From Methanosuratincola petrocarbonis (GTDB taxonomy: Archaea > Thermoproteota > Methanomethylicia > Methanomethylicales > Methanomethylicaceae): 64,000 bases of DNA. Position numbers and translations under genes: made by a program. The notes below the pieces were generated by a model. That model searched no databases, had not been told where the DNA came from, and saw only the letters and a program-made list of their open reading frames with translations. How positions within the stretch are numbered: the first letter of the stretch is position 1; every line of letters starts with the position of its first letter. This document shows, piece after piece, positions 9,982-19,038 of the stretch. Location: the NCBI GenBank assembly GCA_030522375.1, contig CP130488.1:1335929-1399928 (forward strand), in the 5' to 3' direction.

Positions 9982-11229
9982 CTAGACCATTTGCAGAAGC
10001 AAGTTGATGGCTGCTCCTACCAGGATAGAGCCGAAGAAGAATACGAGCAGGACGACCGAAGTTGCCCTCTTCCCCAGGATCGCGACCAGTGGAGGGACCG
10101 CAGAGGCGCACATTCCAGTACCAGCCAAGGTGAAAGCAATCGCGTGTCCTACGGGAAGTGTGCTCGCGCCCAATAGCGAGGTGCTCATAAGCGGTCGGAG
10201 CAGCGCGACTTCCTGTCCGTGGCATAGGTAAACTGGCAGTGCAATGATGGTCGCAATCACCAATCCAACATGGTCAGGAGATAACACAGTGGAGATCAAG
10301 GATGAGGGCACGTACTTGGCAACGATAGTGCCCGCAAGTATCCCTATGAATATTGGGCGTAGAAGGGAGAGCAGAAGATTCCAACTGGCAATCACGAAGC
10401 TCTTTTCTTGCGTTTGTTTCACCCTTCCGGAGTTGGAGCAGCCAGAGCATGAGTAAACCTTGCCTCCCTCGCCTTTAATGCCAGCAAACCACTCGACCAA
10501 GGATCCTGCGACTGCACCGAGAGCCACAATTGAGGCTATCCTGAGGACGGCATACCATACCCCAAGCTGGAAACTCAGGGGGATCACCACGGGGCTCAAC
10601 ACAGGTGCGACCATGAGGAAGGCTACCACCGTGCGGATTCGGATCTGCTTCGTCTCAATCATTGCCTTGGCTATGGGGATCGCACCGCAGGAGCATACGG
10701 GCAATAAAGATGCAAAGACCATCCCCCCGATCATGCTGTCGGGCATCCTGTACTTGCCCGAGTTCATCCTTGTCATTATCAGGCCCCCGATGAAGCACGC
10801 GGCAATCAGGTAGGGGAAAAAGCTCAAGGTATACCTGTACAATATGTGGAAGAAGGAAAGGTCGGGATCAAAGGTCGCCGAGACGAAGTTTGTGCAAATG
10901 TAATTGCAGAACGTGAAGATGTAGGCAGCAGAGACCAGCAATGCGATCATAGTCCACCATTTTATCTGCCTCAGTAGAGACTCTCGGATTCGGAAACGGG
11001 GCAGCGACCTTTTCTGCTTTTGAAGGAGCTTTTTGGCGTAAGGGAAAACTATCACTGCGACGAAGAAGACGGAAAGTGAAAAGCCGACATATGTGTGGAA
11101 ACTCCACGCTCCAGAGTCGGCAGGTTCGAGCATCACAGGACCGCTTTCCTCGAGTAGAAGGAGCCTTACCGCAAAGAGCAGCAGCACGATCAGTGAGATC
11201 GGGATTGCGAATGACAAAAACTTCCTCAA
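9982..11229 (-). CDS. ArsP/DUF318-type permease
   Basis: LLPVCSCGAIP, AFLMVAPVLSP and LPVYLC motifs; many TMs. Confidence 0.75.
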   Translation of the reverse strand: MRKFLSFAIPISLIVLLLFAVRLLLLEESGPVMLEPADSGAWSFHTYVGFSLSVFFVAVIVFPYAKKLLQKQKRSLPRFRIRESLLRQIKWWTMIALLVSAAYIFTFCNYICTNFVSATFDPDLSFFHILYRYTLSFFPYLIAACFIGGLIMTRMNSGKYRMPDSMIGGMVFASLLPVCSCGAIPIAKAMIETKQIRIRTVVAFLMVAPVLSPVVIPLSFQLGVWYAVLRIASIVALGAVAGSLVEWFAGIKGEGGKVYSCSGCSNSGRVKQTQEKSFVIASWNLLLSLLRPIFIGILAGTIVAKYVPSSLISTVLSPDHVGLVIATIIALPVYLCHGQEVALLRPLMSTSLLGASTLPVGHAIAFTLAGTGMCASAVPPLVAILGKRATSVVLLVFFFGSILVGAAINLLLQMV

Positions 11230-12524
11230 GCTATCACCTTCAGATCGAAGGAGGTGATCTTGCTCGACACCTTCTTGTCATGGACTGTGAACTCAGTCAA
11301 AGCAGATTCTCCCGGGGCGAGTGCCGGGATGTTCGTGAGCTGGACGTCAAAGACAAGATCAGCGCTGTAGAAAGTCGCGACTACCTTGATGTTCTGAGCA
11401 TCGATGTTTCCAGTGTTTACGACTTGGGCGCTTAGGTGGTAGAACCCGTCCTGGTCGACCTCACTTCTACCCGTAGTCTCGAAGCCCCTGTAGGGTACGG
11501 AGGAGGTCACTGAGTAGTTCACCACCGAGGCATTGAACTTCCTCACATTCTTCAGAATGTAATCGAAATCAGGGAAAGTCTCAGGCATCACTATTTTGAA
11601 CGGGGAGACCTCGCCTGAGAGCAGGATCGGGATTTCTGCGTACTGAAGTATCGTCGCGGGTTGGGGTTTATCATTGTTTATGACATTCCCCTCGGAGCAG
11701 AGCAGACTCCCATTTATGAGAATTTCGCTTACGGTGGCGTTGCCGTTGTTTTTCACCTCGCCAACTATCACAGGGAGCCCATTCTCGCTTATGTATCCGG
11801 TCTTTGAGATGACGATCACACCGGTCGCCCCAGTCTCCTGACCAACAACAAATCCCCATGTCCGCTCGGCGGTGTTACCAGCAGAATCCCTTACCGACAG
11901 CGTCACGGTGTGGTTCCCGTCCGATAGGCGGGCGTCGTAATAGAGTTTGCCAGAGGAATAGACGAAGCTTCTGATCCTTGCGGTATCGATCTTTAGGGAT
12001 ATTGAAGAGACTTCCAGCCCGATATTGTCAGATATGGATGCCGAAACTCTGACCATGGGCCCGTCGACGCGCTGGTTCTCAGGGAAGATGCCGTAGATTA
12101 CTGGAGGCGTCACGTCCACCCAGAAGGTGACAGAGTCCTCCAGTATGGTTGAGTTCCCAGATCTCACCCGGAGGATGCAGCGCTGTAGCCCCTCTGGAAG
12201 TAAGGTGTTGCAGTAGAATCGCTTTGCTCCCGATTCGACGGAGACCTGGAAGGCAATCGGGGTTCCGTTGAGAAGGATGCTAACGTCGGATGAGTTTATC
12301 GACGTGTCGTTCAGGAGAAAGGAGATCAATACCTGATTGGAGTTCAAGATCGAAGAGTTTCCAGGGGTGGAAGAAAGGAGTAAGTTTGAGTCCGGAGTCC
12401 CGTTCGAGGGATCTTGATTATGGATTTCTCCTGATTGATTCGGTGGGGCGAATGAGACGTACACCGCGATTATGGCTATTCCGGTTATCGCAAAAATCGA
12501 GACGAGCAGCCTCCATGACGCCAT
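11226..12524 (-). CDS. Membrane-anchored extracellular protein with Ig-like and FxLYD-like domains
   Basis: N-terminal TM; DVTPP...DSAGN Ig-like repeat; IVGEVKNNG and VVNTG...VVATFYS repeats. Confidence 0.6.
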   Translation of the reverse strand: MASWRLLVSIFAITGIAIIAVYVSFAPPNQSGEIHNQDPSNGTPDSNLLLSSTPGNSSILNSNQVLISFLLNDTSINSSDVSILLNGTPIAFQVSVESGAKRFYCNTLLPEGLQRCILRVRSGNSTILEDSVTFWVDVTPPVIYGIFPENQRVDGPMVRVSASISDNIGLEVSSISLKIDTARIRSFVYSSGKLYYDARLSDGNHTVTLSVRDSAGNTAERTWGFVVGQETGATGVIVISKTGYISENGLPVIVGEVKNNGNATVSEILINGSLLCSEGNVINNDKPQPATILQYAEIPILLSGEVSPFKIVMPETFPDFDYILKNVRKFNASVVNYSVTSSVPYRGFETTGRSEVDQDGFYHLSAQVVNTGNIDAQNIKVVATFYSADLVFDVQLTNIPALAPGESALTEFTVHDKKVSSKITSFDLKVIA

Positions 12525-12590
12525 ATCTTGACCTTCAAAGCATCTAGAATAGCCTTTTCATATAAGAATTACGTTGTAATCCCGAGGTTT

Positions 12591-13286
12591 CTAAAGCCCT
12601 AGGAACTCCCTCAGGATAATCAGGGTAATCAGTGAGCCGATGGTAATCAGGACGTTGTCATCGATAGGGTTGAATTCAAAGTGCTCGACCACCGATGCGA
12701 CGATTGCCGCGATGAAACCCGCCAGACCTGCATAGAAGTACCCGATCGGGATGCACACGGCAAGCATCGCCACATTTCCGAGCCAGTGCTTTGTGCGCCT
12801 CTTGAAAAGGGCGTTCCTCACCACCCCGGTGATCGCATCCCCGAAAGCCATGAAAGATGCGGTGATCACGCCATATATGGGATCGCCAAAGATCAGCCAG
12901 GAGAAGCCTATCGCAAAGCCCCACGCAATGGTGAAATTGACCTCGTATGCGTTTTCCTTCATCTGAAACCAGTAGAGTATCTTACCGCGCCTGTGCGGTA
13001 TGTATATAACAGCCGCAATGATCGCCACGAGGATCATCGGTATCGCTATGCCTGTGAAGAAGACCGGGAAGAGCAGGGTCAGGACGCCTGCTCCGAAGAT
13101 GTGGATTATCTTCCGGTTGTAGTAAACAGCTATGTTGTGCTCCACGTTCCTTGATTTGAGCTTTGCGTAGACCCACTTGGTCGAGTAGACCACAAACATC
13201 AGGTAGGCGAACATTGCAAGCGCAATGCCCAGCTCCTGCACGGGGGCAGTATTGAACAGAACCTCGAAATGGAGGCCAATCGACAT
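12591..13286 (-). CDS. Dolichol/phytol kinase-like (CTP-dependent polyprenol kinase)
   Basis: RKIIHI, MAFGDAITG, TKHW.G and IDDN motifs; multi-TM. Confidence 0.8.
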   Translation of the reverse strand: MSIGLHFEVLFNTAPVQELGIALAMFAYLMFVVYSTKWVYAKLKSRNVEHNIAVYYNRKIIHIFGAGVLTLLFPVFFTGIAIPMILVAIIAAVIYIPHRRGKILYWFQMKENAYEVNFTIAWGFAIGFSWLIFGDPIYGVITASFMAFGDAITGVVRNALFKRRTKHWLGNVAMLAVCIPIGYFYAGLAGFIAAIVASVVEHFEFNPIDDNVLITIGSLITLIILREFLGL

Positions 13287-13518
13287 TTTGATCAACCTGG
13301 TTTCGTCTTGGCGGCTGGTTTCTGATAGCTCTGAAGGGCTCCCACTAATAAGAGTTTTTGACAGGGGGCTACGTATGTGTTGGGCGTTCTTTACGGGAAA
13401 AACGGGGGGAGCATTAATGTGTCGATAAAACATAAATGCCACTGGAAAGGGAGGTGGGGCTCAGACAGTGCCTTGAAGCACCAAAAGGATAATATGTAAA
13501 AACACGGTCAAATCAAAC

Positions 13519-13594
13519 AGCCCGGTGGTGTAGCGGTCAAGCATGGCGGGCTTTGGCCCCGCCGACAGGAGTTCGAATCTCCTCCGGGCTACCA
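13519..13594 (+). tRNA. tRNA-Gln(UUG)
   Basis: AGCCCGG/CCGGGCT acceptor, GCGGG-CT-TTG-GC-CCCGC anticodon arm, GTTCGAATC, encoded CCA. Confidence 0.95.
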
Positions 13595-13623
13595 TTCATG
13601 CGTATCATCTGGAAGCGGACCCT

Positions 13624-14574
13624 ATGAGGCGAAAGAAGGTAGTAGTCACCGGTGGGGCAGGGTTCATAGGATCGAACCTTTCAACGGAGCTATGCAAGGG
13701 TAACGAGGTCACGATTGTCGACGATTTTTCCACGGGCAAGGAGGACAACATAAAGGAACTCATTGGCGCAGGCAGTGTAAGGCTGGTGAAGGGGAGCATC
13801 ACAGACCTGGAGACGATTAAGTCCTCCTTCAAGGGGGCAGACTATGTCTTCCATCAGGCAGCGATACCCTCTGTGCCCAGGTCGGTGGCCGATCCCCTGA
13901 AAACAAATGACGCTGGCATAACTGGCACCCTTACGGTGCTCGTTGCGGCGCGGGACTGCGGAATCGAAAAGGTCGTATTCGCCTCGTCTTCCTCGGTCTA
14001 TGGGGAGACCGAATCGCTGCCAAAGAGGGAGGATATGGAATGTAGACCTATGTCCCCCTATGCGGTGACTAAGCTCGCCGGCGAGCATTACTGCAGGGTT
14101 TTCAATGAGCTCTACAACCTCAAGACTGTCGCACTTAGGTACTTCAACGTCTACGGACCGATGCAGGACCCAAAGTCCGAGTACGCTGCGGTCGTCCCCA
14201 AATTTATAGACTGTGCCTTGAGGGGTGAAGCGTTCCCGATCCACGGCGACGGGCTTCAAAGCAGGGACTTCACCTTTGTCGGGGACGTGGTCAGGGCAAA
14301 TCTGATGGCTGCCGAGTCTAATGCCACCGGCGTTTACAACATCGGAGGGGGGAAGAGGACGACGGTCGTTGAGCTCGCGCAGGCAATATCCGAGGTTGTT
14401 GGCACCGAGATGAAGGTGGTCCACCTCCCGCCCAGACCCGGGGACGTAAAGGATTCTTGGGCGGACATTTCAAAGGCGAATAGAGACTTCGGCTTCAAGC
14501 CCGCGTTCACGCTCAGGGAAGGCATATCCGAGACGGTCGCATGGTTTAGGCGGCACCTTGGTTCCAGAGGATAG
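13624..14574 (+). CDS. NAD-dependent sugar epimerase (UDP-Glc/GlcNAc 4-epimerase-like)
   Basis: TGGAGFIGS, YAVTK, RYFNVYGP, RDFTFV. Confidence 0.9.
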   Translation: MRRKKVVVTGGAGFIGSNLSTELCKGNEVTIVDDFSTGKEDNIKELIGAGSVRLVKGSITDLETIKSSFKGADYVFHQAAIPSVPRSVADPLKTNDAGITGTLTVLVAARDCGIEKVVFASSSSVYGETESLPKREDMECRPMSPYAVTKLAGEHYCRVFNELYNLKTVALRYFNVYGPMQDPKSEYAAVVPKFIDCALRGEAFPIHGDGLQSRDFTFVGDVVRANLMAAESNATGVYNIGGGKRTTVVELAQAISEVVGTEMKVVHLPPRPGDVKDSWADISKANRDFGFKPAFTLREGISETVAWFRRHLGSRG

Positions 14575-14828
14575 CTTACAACAGCCGCTTCTTCCTTCAC
14601 CAAATCTAGACGACTTGGAAACCTACGAAAGCAACTTTTGCACGAAAGAGGGGGGCATTAGAATCCATGTAAGGTCGTTGAATTTTTTGCATTTTGTTGT
14701 TTTGGCTTCATCGAAGGACAGCAACCAATCAACCAATACAAGAGCTTGAGATCCCGTAATAGTGTCATTTAGAGGAAGAACCGGCGACGGGAAGGGAAAT
14801 AGAGCCTTGGTTTGAATTGAAATGGAAC

Positions 14829-16121
14829 TCATGGTCTGTATTTTGGCTTTTTCGGAACGGAAGGGGTGTCGCGTTTGGGCGGCGCAGTCGTCGCGGTCTG
14901 CACACCTTGGGATCCTCTTTTTCTCCTCCTGATTAGTAAGTAAGCAAGGACTGAAAATACAACCGCGGAAATTACGACTGCAAATACAATGCTTCCAAGT
15001 GGGATAGCGTATGGAGCAGGCACGAACGAGACCGAATACGCCAAGCCTGAGTGCGGGGTCACGTCTGATGCCTGGATCCGACACTCAATCGAGGAGGTCC
15101 CGTTGAGGATCTGGAAACCAGGGGCGCTCACCTCCGATGTTCCCAATGGCAGCTCGACAACCACAAGGAGGTTACGCACGAGGAATGGGCACCACTTCGG
15201 GAGGAGGTCGCCGCTTAGCACAGCCTTTCCGCCTTGGATTTCAAGCATTGTCGCGGCAGGGATCTCGTAGACCAGCGTGAATGACGTCTTTTCGGTTGGG
15301 AGGAGCCGGGTTCTGAGGCTGATAGTCAGCTCGTTTCCGTTCAGAGTGTAGTTCATGTATCCAATCGAGTCATACAGGCGCACTATCGTCGCTTCGTCGG
15401 GAAGCTTTATCGTAACTCTGTTTGTGGCGGATGTATTCAGGTTAACGATCTGCAAGTAATCTGTAACCGTCACGAGGCTCTGCCCAACGCTGATCCTATG
15501 TTCAAGGCTGCTAATCTCAACGAGCTCAAAGTTGCCGCTGTACCTTATCGTGTCGTTATAAGCCGCAGAAGGCTCCAAGGTGGCATTTCCGACAAGGGCC
15601 GGCTTGCCGTCTACTGCTTCGAGAGTGAGGTTTTCAGGGCTCCCAACCAGAACCGAGTCTGAGGGGAGAAAGAGCGTAAGAGAAGCCATCATTGCCTCTT
15701 CCACGGCTGGGTAAAGGTTCAGGAAAGTCGTGAAAGTTGAATTGGATTTCATCGTGGTGTAGTGCAGGATGGTCTTCAGTGTGAAGGACGAGGAACCGTT
15801 CGTCTCCACTAGTAGCGACATGTTTCCCTTTGAGTCGTCCCATGAAACATAGACCTTTAGCTCCGAATTGTCTGGCCCGTATGCCCTCGCCGAGTAGAGG
15901 GCCTGGGGATAGGGCAGAAGAAAAGAGACGGTGTAGTTGTCATGGGCAGATTCAAGGCTGAACCGGTCTTCATAGATCTGGAAATAAGGTTCGGCGATTA
16001 TAGTCCGCTGAACACTGGAAGAGGATGCCAATACAGCACTGTTAGGCGCAATAGTGCATAGCAGGGAGAGCAGGAGTAATGCCGGAATAACATACGACCT
16101 GATCAACCTTGATGACCCCAC
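14829..16121 (-). CDS. Type I membrane glycoprotein, ribophorin I/Ost1-like
   Basis: Signal peptide, beta-rich ectodomain with KLP.EA...YDSIG...LRTRLLP.EKTSFTLVYEIP, C-terminal TM and basic tail. Confidence 0.5.
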   Translation of the reverse strand: MGSSRLIRSYVIPALLLLSLLCTIAPNSAVLASSSSVQRTIIAEPYFQIYEDRFSLESAHDNYTVSFLLPYPQALYSARAYGPDNSELKVYVSWDDSKGNMSLLVETNGSSSFTLKTILHYTTMKSNSTFTTFLNLYPAVEEAMMASLTLFLPSDSVLVGSPENLTLEAVDGKPALVGNATLEPSAAYNDTIRYSGNFELVEISSLEHRISVGQSLVTVTDYLQIVNLNTSATNRVTIKLPDEATIVRLYDSIGYMNYTLNGNELTISLRTRLLPTEKTSFTLVYEIPAATMLEIQGGKAVLSGDLLPKWCPFLVRNLLVVVELPLGTSEVSAPGFQILNGTSSIECRIQASDVTPHSGLAYSVSFVPAPYAIPLGSIVFAVVISAVVFSVLAYLLIRRRKRGSQGVQTATTAPPKRDTPSVPKKPKYRP

Positions 16122-16169
16122 AATGTAAGTTTAATTATCGTACATCCCCAAATATTAAGATAGGGGTCG

Positions 16170-17528
16170 TTGATTACGGAAGGGCACAGATACATCCCCA
16201 ACGCTTCTTCTGATTTGCCGGAGATGCTCCGCTTGGCAGGTGTGCCCAGCCTGGATGCTCTTTTCAGCGATGTGCCGTGTTTGAGCGGTTTCGTTGTAGC
16301 CTCTTCCGAGCCGATGGATGAGCAATCAGTGAAGGAATGCCTGGGGAAGATTCTTTCAAAAAACATGGTGTATGGGAAGAGGTGTTTCATTGGAGGCGGT
16401 CCCTGGTTCCACTATGTCCCCAGCACATTGAAGCACCTAATATCGAGGGGGGAGTTCCTTACCTCGTATACGCCGTACCAGCCCGAGGCAAGTCAGGGGA
16501 TGCTCCAAGCGCTATTCGAGTACCAGAGCCTGATATGCGAGCTTTACGGCATGGAGATTGCGAACGCGTCATTATACGACCTGTCCACGGCAATCGCCGA
16601 GGCAATGCTGCTTTCTGCAAGGGTGACCGGGCGCAGGAAGTTCCTTGTACCGTCCTCGTTGCCAAGGGAAAGGGTCTCTGTCCTGAGGAACTATGGCGAA
16701 TACCAAGGGGTGCGTATCATTGAGATCCAGTACGACAGAGGAGGGGGGCTGGACAGGGAGGCGCTGCTGAAGGAAGTGGATCCGGAAACTGCAGCGGTAT
16801 ACGTGGAGAACCCCTCGTTTTTCGGGACGATCGATTCAGCAATCAAGGATGTGGTCGAGATCGCCCACGACGCCGGCGCTCTTGCCGTGGTCGGGGCAGA
16901 CCCGCTTTCATTGGGGATACTCAAGCCTCCGGGGGAGTACGGCGCAGACATCGCGGTCGGGGACGGGCAGCCCCTTGGGATACCGCCAGGGCTCGGGGGG
17001 AACGGGCTTGGAATAATGGCATGCCGAATGGAAAACAGGATCTTGAGACAGATGCCAGGGAGGATTGTCGGGATGACTAGGACTGCAAGCGGAGGGGGGA
17101 AAGGTTACGTGTTGGCCCTCTCGACAAGGGAGCAGCACATCAGGAGGGGGAAGGCGACCTCCAATATCTGCACAAATGAGTCGCTCCTCGCGGTGGCGGC
17201 GGCGATCTACCTCTCGCTTGCCGGGAGGGACGGGCTCAGGAGGCTTGCAGACGGGATTCTCAGGAGGACGGACTACGCGGTCAGGCGAATGAAGGAAGCT
17301 GGGTTGATGCTGCCCTTCTCTGGGCGGCATTTCAGGGACTTTGCGGTCGAAGCAGGTGACCCGGAAATGGTGAATGTCAGGATGAGGAGCAGGGGGCTCT
17401 CGGGCGGGAGGGACTTGGGGAGAGACTTTCCCGGACTGAGAGCACTGCTATTTGCGGTCACAGAACTCCACAGCAAGGAGGATATAGACGAGCTGGCGAG
17501 CGTTACGGAGTGGGCAGCAAATGGGTGA
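16170..17528 (+). CDS. gcvPA: Glycine dehydrogenase (decarboxylating) subunit 1
   Basis: FLTSYTPYQPEASQG, NASLYD, TREQHIRR.KATSNICTN. Confidence 0.95.
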   Translation: MITEGHRYIPNASSDLPEMLRLAGVPSLDALFSDVPCLSGFVVASSEPMDEQSVKECLGKILSKNMVYGKRCFIGGGPWFHYVPSTLKHLISRGEFLTSYTPYQPEASQGMLQALFEYQSLICELYGMEIANASLYDLSTAIAEAMLLSARVTGRRKFLVPSSLPRERVSVLRNYGEYQGVRIIEIQYDRGGGLDREALLKEVDPETAAVYVENPSFFGTIDSAIKDVVEIAHDAGALAVVGADPLSLGILKPPGEYGADIAVGDGQPLGIPPGLGGNGLGIMACRMENRILRQMPGRIVGMTRTASGGGKGYVLALSTREQHIRRGKATSNICTNESLLAVAAAIYLSLAGRDGLRRLADGILRRTDYAVRRMKEAGLMLPFSGRHFRDFAVEAGDPEMVNVRMRSRGLSGGRDLGRDFPGLRALLFAVTELHSKEDIDELASVTEWAANG

Positions 17529-19038
17529 CCGAGGCTTCCGGCAATCCAAGTATGATGAGCCGCTAGTATTCGACCTCGGCAGGGAAGGCAGGGAAGGCTT
17601 TAGCATCCCGGATTTCGGGGAGCCGGGCGCCGAAGAGATCTCTGACCAGGTCAGGAGGCGAAACCTCGGGCTTCCCCAGCTCTCTGAGCTCGAGGTCGTG
17701 AGGCACTTCACTAGACTGTCCCAGATGAATTGGGGGATAGACACGGGCCCATATCCCCTCGGGTCATGCACAATGAAGTACAACCCGCGTCTGAATGAGG
17801 AGATCGCCTCGCTCGACCAAGTTCAGATGGTCCACCCCCTGCAGGGGGATGAAGAGCTGCAGGGCGCTCTGGAGTTGATGTACAAGCTCGAGAGGGCACT
17901 TGCCTCACTGACAGGGATGCACCGGTTTACACTACAGCCTGCTGCGGGGGCTCATGGGGAACTCACGGGCTGCCTGATAATGAGAAGGTACTTCAAGGAA
18001 CTTGGGGAGGAACGAAGCGAAATGATAGTCCCTGATACAGCCCACGGAACCAACCCGGCAAGTGCTGCGATGGCGGGGTTCACAGTCGTCGAAGTTCCCA
18101 CGAACCAGAACGGGTGCATTGATATGGAGGCGCTCAAGGGGGCGGTCTCTTCTAAGAGGACTGCAGGCATAATGATGACAAACCCGAACACCCTCGGAAT
18201 TATCGAGAGGGACGCCCTTGAGATCTCCCGAATCGTCCATGAGGCGGGAGGGCTACTCTACTACGATGGCGCGAACCTACAGGGAATTCTAGGCAGGGCA
18301 AGACCGGGGGACATGGGGTTTGATCTTGTGCACCTCAACCTGCACAAGACGTTTTCTACCCCTCATGGTGGCGGCGGTCCAGGATCGGGTCCCGTGGGTG
18401 TGAAGGAACATCTTGAGGGGTTCCTGCCAATGCCACTCGTTTCCAAGGAGGGCGATGGGAAGTACGGGTTGATTTGGGGCATACCCAAGAGCATCGGGAA
18501 GGTAAGAGGTTGGTACGGAGCTTTCCCTGTTTTGGTTAGGGCCTACTGTTACCTTCTCTCAATGGGCGGAGCCGGGCTGAGGCTCGCAAGCGGCATTGCG
18601 GTCCTCAACGCCAACTACTTCCTAAGGAGGATCGAGGGGATTAGGGGGTTTGTCGTCCCCTTCCAAGGACGCTTAAGGAAACATGAGGTGGTCGTCAGCG
18701 CGCAGCCGCTGCTCGAAGAGACTGGGGTAACAGCCATGGATGTTTCAAAGGCGCTTCTGGACAGGGGGCTGCACCCGCCGACAGTATACTTCCCGCAGAT
18801 CGTAAGGGAAGCGATGATGTTCGAATTCACCGAGACCGAAACGCGGGAGAACATAGACAAGTACGTTGACGCGCTCCGGGAGATCTCGGCTCTGGCATAC
18901 TCCAACCCCGAAGCCCTGAAGAGAGCGCCGGAGAACACCTCCGTTGGGAGGCTGGACGAGGTCTGGGCCAACCACCCGAAAACAATGGTACTGAGCCGCA
19001 GGATGTGCCTGGGGAAAGGGGATCAAGGAGCGGCATAG
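17521..19038 (+). CDS. gcvPB: Glycine dehydrogenase (decarboxylating) subunit 2
   Basis: YPLGSCTMKYNP, AHGTNPASA, HLNLHKTFSTPHGGGGPG. Confidence 0.95.
   Translation: MGDRGFRQSKYDEPLVFDLGREGREGFSIPDFGEPGAEEISDQVRRRNLGLPQLSELEVVRHFTRLSQMNWGIDTGPYPLGSCTMKYNPRLNEEIASLDQVQMVHPLQGDEELQGALELMYKLERALASLTGMHRFTLQPAAGAHGELTGCLIMRRYFKELGEERSEMIVPDTAHGTNPASAAMAGFTVVEVPTNQNGCIDMEALKGAVSSKRTAGIMMTNPNTLGIIERDALEISRIVHEAGGLLYYDGANLQGILGRARPGDMGFDLVHLNLHKTFSTPHGGGGPGSGPVGVKEHLEGFLPMPLVSKEGDGKYGLIWGIPKSIGKVRGWYGAFPVLVRAYCYLLSMGGAGLRLASGIAVLNANYFLRRIEGIRGFVVPFQGRLRKHEVVVSAQPLLEETGVTAMDVSKALLDRGLHPPTVYFPQIVREAMMFEFTETETRENIDKYVDALREISALAYSNPEALKRAPENTSVGRLDEVWANHPKTMVLSRRMCLGKGDQGAA

Noticed and set aside
13543-13623. 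N-terminal extension of the epimerase ORF, and ORFs over the SRP RNA, 5S rRNA and tRNA-Leu
   Set aside because: They overlap structural RNA genes and are artefacts of the six-frame track
13519-14829. tRNA-Gln as an integration site for the downstream epimerase
   Set aside because: No integrase and no duplicated tRNA 3' end seen by eye
14623-14832. 69-codon ORF overlapping the stop of the ribophorin-like gene (ATGA)
   Set aside because: No motif or RBS and the composition is not convincingly protein-like
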